Source of the DNA: Armatimonadota bacterium
GTDB lineage: Bacteria; Armatimonadota; Zipacnadia; Zipacnadales; UBA5352
Assembly: GCA_034722055.1 (NCBI GenBank)
Contig: JAYENL010000184.1
Coordinates: 1-31,727 of the forward strand
Direction of reading: 5' to 3'
Length of the DNA: 31,727 nucleotides
Positions 16,374 to 25,284 of the stretch are shown here, one piece after another (the first letter of the stretch is position 1; each line of letters begins with the position of its first letter). The notes under the pieces are model-generated. The model saw only the letters and a list, made by a program, of their open reading frames with translations, searched no databases and was not told where the DNA came from. The position numbers and the translations under genes were made by a program.

Positions 16374-19334
16374 ATGGCCGAAACATCAGCAGCCTCTCTG
16401 ACCGTTGCACTGCTTCTCGCCGGCTGCCTGCCGGCAAGCGCGGCGGAGCTGGGGACGGGTCCGCTTGCTATCACTATCGGTCCCGGCGGCGCCATCTCCG
16501 GCGTGCGCGTCGGCGAGCAGAACCTGACCGCCGCCGCGGCCGTGGCCGAGGGCGGCTTCGCGGTCCGCGATCACCGTGCCGGCGAGCAGTTCGCGCCGCT
16601 GCGCGGCGAGACGGCCGAGGGCCGGTTCGCGGTCGCCTCCGATGAGGCCGGCGTGGCCCTGGACGCCTCCGTGACGCGGCATGAGCAGGCCCTGGAGATC
16701 GCGGGGACGCTGCGTTCGACCGTCGATCCGCCCCGGTGCCTCACCCTTCGCTTCGGCCTCCCCATGGACCTCACCGGCTGGCGCTGGCACCGCGACCTGG
16801 ATGCGGCGCGGGCCATCAAGGCGCCGATCCTCTACCGCAACGGCATCCCCAGCACCTGGGGGAGCGGGTGGATGGACCTGTGGCCGCTGGCGGCGGTCAG
16901 CAACGAGGGCGCGACCGTATGCCTGGCGACGCGGATCGACGAGCCCCGCCTGCTGCGCTTGGGCTACGATGGCGGGCGGAAGCTGCTGATGATCGAGTTC
17001 GACCTCGGCCTCTCGGAGCACTCGGAGCAGTTCGCGGGCGAGGTGCCCTTCCGGTTCTTCCTCTACGCGCTGGGAGAGCCGACCGGCCTGCGCGGCGGGC
17101 TGGCGCGCTACTATGACCTGTTCCCGGAGCTGTTCGTGGAGCGCACAGAGAAGATGGGCGGCTGGTTCGCGTGGGGCGACATCGCCAGGCACGAGCCGCC
17201 GCTGTCGGACTACGGGCTGATGTTCCACGAATCGCCTGAGGCCCCCGAGGCCACCGAGCATGATCTGTTGCTGGGGCTGGTCCCGATGCCCTACATCGAG
17301 CCGGGCATGTACCAGCTTCACTTCGGCGACCGCGAGGAGAGGCCGACCCGCGAGGACGTCCTCCAGCGTCTGCGGACCTACGCTGACCCGGAGTTCACCG
17401 GCCGCATCTGGTCCGCCGAGCCCGCCGCCACGCGGGAGCAGGAGGAGCTCAAGCGCAGGCTGTGCCAGGCGGTGCTGGCCTCCGGGGTGCGGGACCCTGA
17501 GGGCGATCTGCTCATCGCGCGCATCGGGCAGTTCAGTTGGGTGCGGGGCAGCTGGTGGGCCGCGCAGCTCGCCTGCGTGCTGGATCCGGACATCCCGCAG
17601 GGCCGGGGCCAGTACCTGCTCGAGCATGCCCGCGAGCACGTGCTGGAGAACCCGCGAATGCGGGGCGCCTACCTGGACTCGTGGTCGGCGCACTTCAAGC
17701 GGTGCAGCTATGCTCCCGAGCACCTGGCCGCCGCCGACATCCCTCCGGTCTTCGCCGGCGACCCGCCGCAGCCATGCGTGGCGATGCCCTTCGCCGCCAT
17801 CGAGTACGTGCAGGCGCTGCGCGACCTCATCGGCGAGGACCGGGTCATGCTGCCCAACCTCTACCACTTCGCGGCGCCCTATCCGTTCCACCAGTTTGAT
17901 GTGCTTGGCAAGGAGCACTGGGTGGCGCCGACCGGGTGGATGATGCAGAGCTTCCGCGCCCTCGGCCGGCACAAGGTCGTCACTCAACTCCCGGCCTACG
18001 AGGACGCCGAGACGCAGTTCCTGCGTCGGATGCTGCTGTATGACGTCTTCCCCGGCGGCTACGCGCGGCGACCGGACAATGCCCCGGTGGGCATGCGCGA
18101 GGACTACCGCCGCCTGCTGCCGTGGCTGCGGCTGCTGCACCGCCTGCGCTGGCAGCCGATCACGGGCGCCAGCGCCGAGGAGGCGGACCTGCAGATCGAG
18201 CGCTACGGCCAGCCCGGTGGCCCGCTGGTCTTCGTGATTCACTCCCCCTACGTCGGGCGGCGGGCGCACCTGCGGCTCGACGCCCGCGCGCTGCGCATCG
18301 ACCCCGGCGCCTGGTGCGCCGATCCGCTGGACGATGAGCCGCTGTCATGGGAGCGCGCGGATGGGGAGCTGCGCCTGGAGGCGGCGGTGAGCGCCGGCGA
18401 CGTGCGCATGATCGCGGTGGGTGAGACCGCCGACCACCGCCGCCTGCTGCGCATGCTGGCGGAGGACCGCGTGGCCGACGCCCACCTGTGCCTCCGCGAG
18501 TACCGCATGCGGCATGGTGAGCAGCATCCCGCGGAGTCGCTGTTCGAGATGCACCGGGAGGCGCTGGCCACGCCCTGGCTGATGGGCGTGACGGAGGCGC
18601 TGGTGGGCGACGAGCCGACCATCGCCCGCGCCCGGCAGCTTGCGGAGGCGGCGCTGGAGCAGCTTCGCGTCACCGAGGACCTGCGCGCCAAGGAGCCCCA
18701 GGCCGTGCCGGACCCGCCGCGCGGCGCGCTGATGCTCGACCTGCCCCATCGGGAGGACTTCGAGCAGGCCCTGAATCGGGAGGTCTGGGACTGGCCGGAC
18801 GATGAGCCCGGGGTGCGCCTGGCGGACGGAAGGCTGGAGCTTGAGATCGCGCGAGGGCGCAGCGCGGGGCTGACGATGGCGCGCCTCGTTGATTTCTCAG
18901 CCGAGCCGCTGCAGCTCGACTGGGATTTTCAGTACAATCACTCAGGCGAAGACTACTATCTGATGCTGCATTTCAGCCTGAAGCCGCCCGTCGAGGGCAG
19001 CCAGGACGTCTTGCGCATCCGCCTCGACCCGGGCATCCGCGTGCGCGTGGAGAACGGCGAGACAGCGCCCTCGAACTTCACCGTCTCCCTCACGGACTAC
19101 ACGCCCTACGAGACTAACGTGCCGCACCACATGACGCTGCAGATTGGGCCGGAGCGGTACGCGCTGTGGATCGACGGCGAGCTGCACGGCCGCGGCGCAC
19201 ACCGGCTGGGCTTCACGCACGGGCGGTTCGCCACCGGGGTCTACAGCGGCCACGGCGGCTTCGGCGACGTCTGCTGGATGGACGACCTGCGCATCCGGCG
19301 CATCGAGCGGCTTACCGAGGAGCCCTTGCCCTGA
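16374..19334 (+). CDS. Large exported protein, probable glycoside-hydrolase-like barrel plus C-terminal lectin-like domain
   Basis: 986 aa from ATG 16374 (GAGGTG SD); hydrophobic N-terminus with LAGC and ASA sites; PYIEP and GAYLDS motifs; beta-rich C-terminus ending WMDDLRIRR. Confidence 0.6.
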   Translation: MAETSAASLTVALLLAGCLPASAAELGTGPLAITIGPGGAISGVRVGEQNLTAAAAVAEGGFAVRDHRAGEQFAPLRGETAEGRFAVASDEAGVALDASVTRHEQALEIAGTLRSTVDPPRCLTLRFGLPMDLTGWRWHRDLDAARAIKAPILYRNGIPSTWGSGWMDLWPLAAVSNEGATVCLATRIDEPRLLRLGYDGGRKLLMIEFDLGLSEHSEQFAGEVPFRFFLYALGEPTGLRGGLARYYDLFPELFVERTEKMGGWFAWGDIARHEPPLSDYGLMFHESPEAPEATEHDLLLGLVPMPYIEPGMYQLHFGDREERPTREDVLQRLRTYADPEFTGRIWSAEPAATREQEELKRRLCQAVLASGVRDPEGDLLIARIGQFSWVRGSWWAAQLACVLDPDIPQGRGQYLLEHAREHVLENPRMRGAYLDSWSAHFKRCSYAPEHLAAADIPPVFAGDPPQPCVAMPFAAIEYVQALRDLIGEDRVMLPNLYHFAAPYPFHQFDVLGKEHWVAPTGWMMQSFRALGRHKVVTQLPAYEDAETQFLRRMLLYDVFPGGYARRPDNAPVGMREDYRRLLPWLRLLHRLRWQPITGASAEEADLQIERYGQPGGPLVFVIHSPYVGRRAHLRLDARALRIDPGAWCADPLDDEPLSWERADGELRLEAAVSAGDVRMIAVGETADHRRLLRMLAEDRVADAHLCLREYRMRHGEQHPAESLFEMHREALATPWLMGVTEALVGDEPTIARARQLAEAALEQLRVTEDLRAKEPQAVPDPPRGALMLDLPHREDFEQALNREVWDWPDDEPGVRLADGRLELEIARGRSAGLTMARLVDFSAEPLQLDWDFQYNHSGEDYYLMLHFSLKPPVEGSQDVLRIRLDPGIRVRVENGETAPSNFTVSLTDYTPYETNVPHHMTLQIGPERYALWIDGELHGRGAHRLGFTHGRFATGVYSGHGGFGDVCWMDDLRIRRIERLTEEPLP

Positions 19335-19525
19335 CCCCGCTACTCGGCCGGCTACGAGCGACGAGCTGACGGCTAACGGCGTCAACGGGGGGCGGGACGG
19401 GGGCGCGTTTTCAGATTGTCAGTTGCGGCCGGGCGAGAGTCAGCAGCGAGCAGCTACCAGCCAACGGAAACGGCCGACGGCCAGGCTGTGGACGGACCGT
19501 CGGGTGGCCAGGCCCGCGGCCCGTG

Positions 19526-19557
19526 TCGTGCGGAGGTCGGGCGTGCCTACGCCCGAC
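19526..19557 (+). repeat. REP-like element, GGAG/GCCT-loop family, copy 3
   Basis: TCGTGCGGAG GTCGGGCGT GCCT ACGCCCGAC (perfect 9-bp stem). Confidence 0.8.
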
Positions 19558-19689
19558 GCGGGCCGAAGGCCCGCAGCCGTTGCCGTTGGAGGGGCCGCGC
19601 GACGATGGGTGCGAAGCACCCGGAGGAGGCCGGCCCAAGATGCCGTGCCGTTGAGGGTGCGCTCGAACGACAGTCGCGCTTCGCGCGAC

Positions 19690-19721
19690 GGCTGGCCTAG
19701 GCAGGCCAGCCCTCCGTACGA
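19690..19721 (-). repeat. REP-like element, GGAG/GCCT-loop family, copy 4
   Basis: TCGTACGGAG GGCTGGCCT GCCT AGGCCAGCC (perfect 9-bp stem), inverted relative to copy 3. Confidence 0.8.
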
Positions 19722-19801
19722 CACTGAACCGCAGCGCCGCAACTGCGCGGGCCCATCCGAGCGTGGGGCGGCTACCCAGCACTGCATAGCCATTCTTGGT
19801 G

Positions 19802-19827
19802 GGTTGCGGGCGCCCTCGCCCGCAACC
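19802..19827 (+). repeat. Perfect 11-bp hairpin, possibly a related REP
   Basis: GGTTGCGGGCG CCCT CGCCCGCAACC; loop is one base from GCCT. Confidence 0.5.
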
Positions 19828-19917
19828 GACAATCTGAGGTCACACCCCCGGACGGTGGTGGTGCGGCCCCTCCGTGGCACACGGAGACACCGGCCTCTGC
19901 CACGGGGCACTGTCCGC

Positions 19918-20439
19918 TCAGCCGTAGTCCCCGCGCGCGAAGAAGCGCCACTCCCGGCGGCCGGTCGCCAGCTCGCGAGCCAGCCCGGCGGCCTTGCTCA
20001 CTGACGCCTGGACGTCCGGGTGCAGCGTGCTCCCGGGCACGATCTCAGCCGGCTCCACGCCCAGGATGAGGATATCGGGGCCGTTGGTCTCGCGCATCCC
20101 GGCCAGCTCCAGGCTGTCGATGAGCGCCATGTCGTCGAGTCCGGAGATGTAGTCCGCCTCCGCCTCCGCGGAGGCCGGCGGCAGGGCGTGGACCGTCCCC
20201 GGCTCGTCGCCCAGTGCCATGGCCGTCAGGATGATGGCGCGCTCGGCGTCGTCGAGGGCCGCGACCAGGTCGAACCCCTCGGTGCCGGCGCGGTGCACAG
20301 TCACCCCCTCGGGCAGCAGTTCGCTCTGAAGCTCCTCGGCGATGATCAGACCCACGGCGTCGTCCCGGCGCCGCTCGTCTCCCACGCCGATGATACTCAC
20401 GCGACTCTCTGGCGCCTCTGTGACGTCCACGGTCTCCAC
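19918..20439 (-). CDS. Hydrogenase maturation protease homolog (HyaD/HybD/HycI family), degenerate metal site
   Basis: 173 aa; IIGVGD...DDAVG, GDEPGT and ILGVEP...L.P.V motifs; directly follows hypE. Start could also be GTG 20430. Confidence 0.8.
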   Translation of the reverse strand: METVDVTEAPESRVSIIGVGDERRRDDAVGLIIAEELQSELLPEGVTVHRAGTEGFDLVAALDDAERAIILTAMALGDEPGTVHALPPASAEAEADYISGLDDMALIDSLELAGMRETNGPDILILGVEPAEIVPGSTLHPDVQASVSKAAGLARELATGRREWRFFARGDYG

Positions 20440-20453
20440 CTCAGTCTGGTTGC

Positions 20454-21470
20454 TCAGCAGATCCTCGGCAGCAGCTCCCCGGCTGGCAGATCGATCAGCC
20501 GCGAGGTCCCCAGCGGCGTCCTCCCCGCCACCCGCCCCGCGGGGCCGTCGCCGACCTCGCCGATGAGCGCGGCGTCGCGTCCAAGAATGTGTGCCTGCAC
20601 TGCACGCATGACATCATCCGCCGCCTCCGGCGAGACGACTGCCAGCAGCTTCCCTTCGTTCGCAATCTCGAAGGGGCTCATTCCCAGCAGCTCACATGCA
20701 CCTTGTACTTCGGGATGGACGGGTACCGAGACCTCCTCGATCTGCATGGAAACTTGCGAGGCGAGAGCGATCTCGTTGAGTGCGGCCGAGAGCCCGCCAC
20801 GGGTCATGTCCCGGAGGGCGCGCACGCCCGCGCCTCCGGCCCCGCAGATGGCCTCCACGAGCGTCAGCAGCGAGGCGCAGTCGCTCTCGATCGTTTGCGC
20901 CAGCGACAGCTCCTCCCGCGCGGCCAGGATCGCGATGCCGTGGTCGCCGAGCGTGCCGCTGACGACGATGCGATCCCCGGGCCGGGCGGCGGTGGCGGAC
21001 GGCGGGGGCTCGGCAAAGCGCTCGCCCACCCCGGTGGTGGTGATGAAGATGCCGTCGGCGGCGGCGCGCCCCACGACCTTGATATCGCCGGTGACGACGT
21101 GCACGCCGTCCCGGTCACAGGCGGCGCGGATGGAGCGCACGATCCGCCGCAGGTCCTCCAGCGCCAGGCCCTCCTGGATGATCATGGCCAGGCTCATCCA
21201 CCGGGGCCGCGCGCCGCGCATGGCTACATCGTTGATGGTGCCGCAGACGGCGAGCTTGCCGATGTCGCCGCCGGGGAAGAACAGGGGCTTGACGGTGAAG
21301 CTGTCGGTGGAGATCGCCAGCCGCTCATCGCCGATGAGGGCGGCGTCCTCCAGGTCGGTCTCGTCCATGACATCGGAGGCGGCTAGCAGCTCCTCCACGA
21401 TCAGATCGTGCATCAGCCGCCCGCCACCCCCGTGCCCGAGGGTAATGATGTCGTTGGAGCTCTTCGGCAT
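20454..21470 (-). CDS. hypE: Hydrogenase maturation protein HypE
   Basis: 338 aa from ATG 21470; LGHGGGG, STDSFTVKPLFFPGGDIGKLAVCGTIND, RDMTRGG, ANEGK and C-terminal PRIC. Confidence 0.97.
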   Translation of the reverse strand: MPKSSNDIITLGHGGGGRLMHDLIVEELLAASDVMDETDLEDAALIGDERLAISTDSFTVKPLFFPGGDIGKLAVCGTINDVAMRGARPRWMSLAMIIQEGLALEDLRRIVRSIRAACDRDGVHVVTGDIKVVGRAAADGIFITTTGVGERFAEPPPSATAARPGDRIVVSGTLGDHGIAILAAREELSLAQTIESDCASLLTLVEAICGAGGAGVRALRDMTRGGLSAALNEIALASQVSMQIEEVSVPVHPEVQGACELLGMSPFEIANEGKLLAVVSPEAADDVMRAVQAHILGRDAALIGEVGDGPAGRVAGRTPLGTSRLIDLPAGELLPRIC

Positions 21471-21595
21471 GGGAGCGTCCTCTCGGATTGTGGCGTTGCG
21501 CCAGTTTGGCTGCCGTGGAGGGGCCGCACGAGTGGCGCGTGCAACGGCACGCGTCACGAGGTCGGCCCGCCACGAGCATACCCGCGACCGCGCCA

Positions 21596-22672
21596 TCACG
21601 GCCCGTACCTGTACACCGCCGCGCAGGCGCCCTCGGAGGAGACCATGCAGGGGCCGAGGGGATGGGCGGGAGTGCACACGACGCGGAAGGCGCCGCACTC
21701 TTCGGGTCGGATGGCACCCCGCAGCACCTCGCCGCAGCGGCAGCGCGGATCCTCGTGGCCCTCCGGGACCTCGATGTCGAAATGCGCCACGGCGTCCAGG
21801 TGCGCGTACTCCTCGCGCAGGGACATCCCGCCGAGCGGGATGACGCCCAGCCCCCGCCACTCGGCGTCCACGGGCTCGAAGACCTCGTCCATCACCGCCA
21901 GGGCGCGGGTGTTGCCCTCCTCGCTGACCGGGCCCGGATACTCGTTCTCGACCGCCGCCCGGCCGTCGGCGAGCTGCCGGACCAGGGCCAGCACCCCGCG
22001 CATCATCTCGTCGGGCTCGAAGCCCGCCACCACGCACGGGATCTGATGCTCGTCCACGAACTCTCGGTAGGCCCCCCAGCCGATGATGGTGCTCACGTGG
22101 CCCGGCGCCAGCAGGCCGTCGAGGGCCACGTCCGGCGCCGCCATCAGGGCGTCCAGCGCCGGGATGAGCCGCTTGTGCGCGCAGAGCACGCTGAAGTTGT
22201 CCAGCTTCAGGCGGTGCGCCTGCCGGACCGCCACGGCCACGCCCGGCGCGGTGGTCTCAAAGCCCACGCCCAGCAGGACCACCTCCCGCTCGCTTTTTTC
22301 CGCGAGGTCTACCGCCTCCATGGGGGAGAAGATGACCCTCACGTCGGTTCCGCGCGCGCGCTCGTGCGCAAGCGTGGACTCGCTGCCTGGGACGCGCACC
22401 ATGTCCCCGAAGGTGGCGACAGTCACCTCCGGGCGGCGCGCCAGCTCCAGCGCGGCATCGATCTCGCCGACCGGCGTGACGCATACCGGGCAGCCCGGCC
22501 CTGAGAGCAGCTCCACCTGCTCGGGCAGCATCTGCCCCAGTCCATAGCGCGCGAACTGATGGGAGTGGGTCCCGCAGACCTCCATGAGGATCGCCGGCCG
22601 GTCGGAGACCTCAGCCACCTCCTCCGCCAGCCGCCGAACCTCCGCAATCACCTCTTCCCGGCCGGTGCTCAC
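21596..22672 (-). CDS. hypD: Hydrogenase maturation protein HypD
   Basis: 358 aa; MEVCGTH, GPGCPVC, GFETT, PGHVS and the C-terminal Cys cluster with GPCMVSSEGAC. Confidence 0.97.
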   Translation of the reverse strand: MSTGREEVIAEVRRLAEEVAEVSDRPAILMEVCGTHSHQFARYGLGQMLPEQVELLSGPGCPVCVTPVGEIDAALELARRPEVTVATFGDMVRVPGSESTLAHERARGTDVRVIFSPMEAVDLAEKSEREVVLLGVGFETTAPGVAVAVRQAHRLKLDNFSVLCAHKRLIPALDALMAAPDVALDGLLAPGHVSTIIGWGAYREFVDEHQIPCVVAGFEPDEMMRGVLALVRQLADGRAAVENEYPGPVSEEGNTRALAVMDEVFEPVDAEWRGLGVIPLGGMSLREEYAHLDAVAHFDIEVPEGHEDPRCRCGEVLRGAIRPEECGAFRVVCTPAHPLGPCMVSSEGACAAVYRYGP

Positions 22673-22884
22673 AGCAGCCCTACCTCGTCCATCAGCGCCA
22701 GCGTCTCCCGCGCGTGCTCGGGGTCCACCGTCGTGATGGCGAACCCCGCGTGCACCAGCACGTAGTCGCCCACCTGTGCGTCATCGATGAGGTCCACGCG
22801 GGCGGTGGAGCGGCTGCCGCCCACGTCCACCGTCGCGACGGCCCCCTCGATCTCGACAATCTTCGACGGTATCGCCACGCACAT
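22669..22884 (-). CDS. hypC: Hydrogenase chaperone HypC
   Basis: 71 aa starting MCVAIP, with GDYVLVHAGFAI; ATG overlaps the hypF stop (TGATG). Confidence 0.95.
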   Translation of the reverse strand: MCVAIPSKIVEIEGAVATVDVGGSRSTARVDLIDDAQVGDYVLVHAGFAITTVDPEHARETLALMDEVGLL

Positions 22885-25205
22885 CACTGCCACCTCGCCT
22901 GTGCCACCGCGGCCTGCCCCAGCGCCAGGCAGCCGTCGCCCGGCGGCGTCGCACGGTGCATCACCGGCCGCAGGCCCCTGCGCTCCAGCTCGTCCATGAG
23001 TTCCTCCAGCACGATCCGGTTCTGAAAGGTTCCGCCAGAGAGCCCGACCAGCTCCAGGTCATTCGCCTGACAGGCCCGCTCCGCCGCGTCGGCCAGCATC
23101 TGGGCGAAGCCCAGGTGGAAGCGCCCGGCGATGACCGATGCTGGCACGCCCTCCCGCAGGTCGTCGGCCATGGCCCGGATCATCACTCGCGGGTCGAGGA
23201 GCATGGCCCCCTCGCCCACCTCGATCTCGTGCGGGTAGGGCGCTACGCCGCGCTCGGCGATGGCCTCCAGCTTCGTCGGCGCCTGCGCCTCGTACTCCAC
23301 CGTGTGGAAGAGCCCCACCAGCGCCGCGGCGGCGTCGAAGAGCCGTCCCGCCGATGAGGCCGGCGGGCAGTTCACGCCTCGCTCGATCATGCTTTGCAGC
23401 GTGGCCCATGCCTGGCGGTCGATGCGCTCCGCGAACGCGATGGCCAGCTCGTCGGACCACTCCGGCCCGAAGGTCTCAGCCAGCCACGCCGCCGCCACCC
23501 GCCACGGCTCGTGGATCGCCGCCTCGCCCCCGGGCAGCGGGATGGGCCGCAGGTGGCCAGCACGCTGGTAGTGCGCCGCGTCGCCGACGAGCACCTCGCA
23601 GCCCCACACAGTCCCATCCGCGCCGTAGCCGGTCCCATCGCACAGCAGCCCCACCGCCGGCCCCTCCAGGTGATTGTCGGCCAGCACCGCCGCCAGGTGG
23701 GCGTGATGGTGCTGCACGCGCTCCAGCGGCAGATGGCGCTCCTCGGCCAGCTCCTCGGCGTAGCGCGTGGACAGGTAGTCCGGGTGCAGGTCGCAGGCCA
23801 GGCCCTCCGGCGTCACCTGCAGCAGCTTCTCGAAGTGCGCCACCGAGCGCTGGAAGTACTCCAGCGTCTGCAGGTCCTCCAGGTCGCCAATGTGCTGGCT
23901 GAGAAAGGCGTTCCGCCCCCGCGTGATGCAGAAGGTGTTCTTGAGATGCCCGCCGACGGCCAGGATGGGCCGCATCTGTCCGCTGAGCCGCACCGGGAAG
24001 GGCACGTAGCCGCGGGAGCGCCGCATGAGCACCGGGCTGCGTTGGGTCGGTCGCAGCACGGAGTCGTCGCACCCGATGAAGATGTCGCGGTCGTGCATCA
24101 GAAAGCCGTCCACAATGTCGCTCAGCCGCTCCATGGCCTCCTGGTTGTCGGTCGCCAGAGGCTCATCCGAGAGGTTTCCGCTGGTCATCACCAGCGCCCT
24201 GACGTCCAGCCCCTCCAGCAGCAGGATGTGCAGCGGCGTGTAGGGTAGCAGCACCCCGTAGGTGTCGGTATCCGGGGCGATGGACTCCGCCAGCGGCGCC
24301 TCCCGCCGCCTGGGCAGCAGCACGATGGGCGCCTCCGGGCCGCTCATCAGCGTCTCGGCCTGCTCGGAGACGTGCGCGAACCGTCGTGCGGTCTGCAGGT
24401 CAAGCGTCATCACCGCCAGCGGCTTGGCCTCGCGGCTCTTGCGCCGGCGCAGCCGTCGCACCGCCTGGTCGTCATCGGCGTCGCAGGCCAGGTGGAAGCC
24501 GCCGAGGCCTTTCACCGCCACGATGCATCCCTCGCTCAGCATCTGCTGCGCCGCCGCCAGCGCCGCCGCGCGCTCCTCCCGGCAGCCCTCGGACACGAAC
24601 AGCAGCCGCGGCCCGCACTCCGGGCACGCCACCGGCTGGGCGTGATAGCGGCGGTCGTTGATGTCCTCGTACTCCCGCCGGCACGCGGCGCACATCTCGA
24701 ACTCGGACATGGAGGTCTTCGGGCGGTCGTAGGGCACGCCCTCGATGATGGTGAAGCGCGGCCCGCAGTTGGTGCAGTTGATGAACGGGTGGCGGAAGCG
24801 CCGGTCGGCCTCGTCCGCCATCTCCCGTCGGCAGTCCTCGCAGACGGCCACGTCCGGCGAGACGTAGATCTCGCCCTCAGAGCCCTCCCGGCTGGCAACG
24901 ATCTCGAACTGTGTGTCGCCGGCCGCCGGAAGCTCCTCCGTCTCCAGGCTCTCGATGACCGCGATGGGCGGAGCATCGCTCTCGATGCGCTCCACGAACT
25001 GCTGCACTGCTGCCTGTGGCCCCTCGATCTCGACCTCCAGGCCGCCGGCGAAGTTCCGAGCGCGGCCCGCGAGTCCCAGCTCGCGCGCCAGCCGATGCAC
25101 GTGCGGGCGGAACCCCACTCCCTGCACGATGCCCTCGACGGTCACCCGCCTCCGGATGGCGGTGCCCGGCTCGGTTACGATCTGTCCCTCTCCGTCAGAG
25201 GTCAT
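22884..25205 (-). CDS. hypF: Carbamoyltransferase HypF
   Basis: Acylphosphatase domain (GIVQGVGFRP), two zinc fingers (CEDC..CTNC, CAAC..CPEC), KGLGGFHL, QHHHAH and DGTGYG. Start uncertain (ATG 25205 or GTG 25238). Confidence 0.96.
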   Translation of the reverse strand: MTSDGEGQIVTEPGTAIRRRVTVEGIVQGVGFRPHVHRLARELGLAGRARNFAGGLEVEIEGPQAAVQQFVERIESDAPPIAVIESLETEELPAAGDTQFEIVASREGSEGEIYVSPDVAVCEDCRREMADEADRRFRHPFINCTNCGPRFTIIEGVPYDRPKTSMSEFEMCAACRREYEDINDRRYHAQPVACPECGPRLLFVSEGCREERAAALAAAQQMLSEGCIVAVKGLGGFHLACDADDDQAVRRLRRRKSREAKPLAVMTLDLQTARRFAHVSEQAETLMSGPEAPIVLLPRRREAPLAESIAPDTDTYGVLLPYTPLHILLLEGLDVRALVMTSGNLSDEPLATDNQEAMERLSDIVDGFLMHDRDIFIGCDDSVLRPTQRSPVLMRRSRGYVPFPVRLSGQMRPILAVGGHLKNTFCITRGRNAFLSQHIGDLEDLQTLEYFQRSVAHFEKLLQVTPEGLACDLHPDYLSTRYAEELAEERHLPLERVQHHHAHLAAVLADNHLEGPAVGLLCDGTGYGADGTVWGCEVLVGDAAHYQRAGHLRPIPLPGGEAAIHEPWRVAAAWLAETFGPEWSDELAIAFAERIDRQAWATLQSMIERGVNCPPASSAGRLFDAAAALVGLFHTVEYEAQAPTKLEAIAERGVAPYPHEIEVGEGAMLLDPRVMIRAMADDLREGVPASVIAGRFHLGFAQMLADAAERACQANDLELVGLSGGTFQNRIVLEELMDELERRGLRPVMHRATPPGDGCLALGQAAVAQARWQ

Positions 25206-25255
25206 ATCTTCACACTTGCGGTGTAGATTGCTCTCCACTTCGTTCTACGACCGCC

Positions 25256-25284
25256 ATGGTGCTCGTGTTCACGCCCGCTGTCAA
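25256..25284 (-). promoter_or_regulatory. Candidate sigma70 promoter of the hyp operon
   Basis: TTGACA (25284-25279), 17-bp spacer, weak -10 CACCAT (25261-25256). Confidence 0.45.

Noticed and set aside
19335..19917. CRISPR array or coding ORFs in the repeat-rich gap
   Set aside because: No regularly spaced identical direct repeats and no cas genes; the ORFs are low-complexity Arg/Pro/Ala frames.
25205..25232. Imperfect palindrome upstream of hypF as a Rex or NikR operator
   Set aside because: Symmetry is weak and it does not fit the Rex consensus TTGTGAA-N4-TTCACAA.
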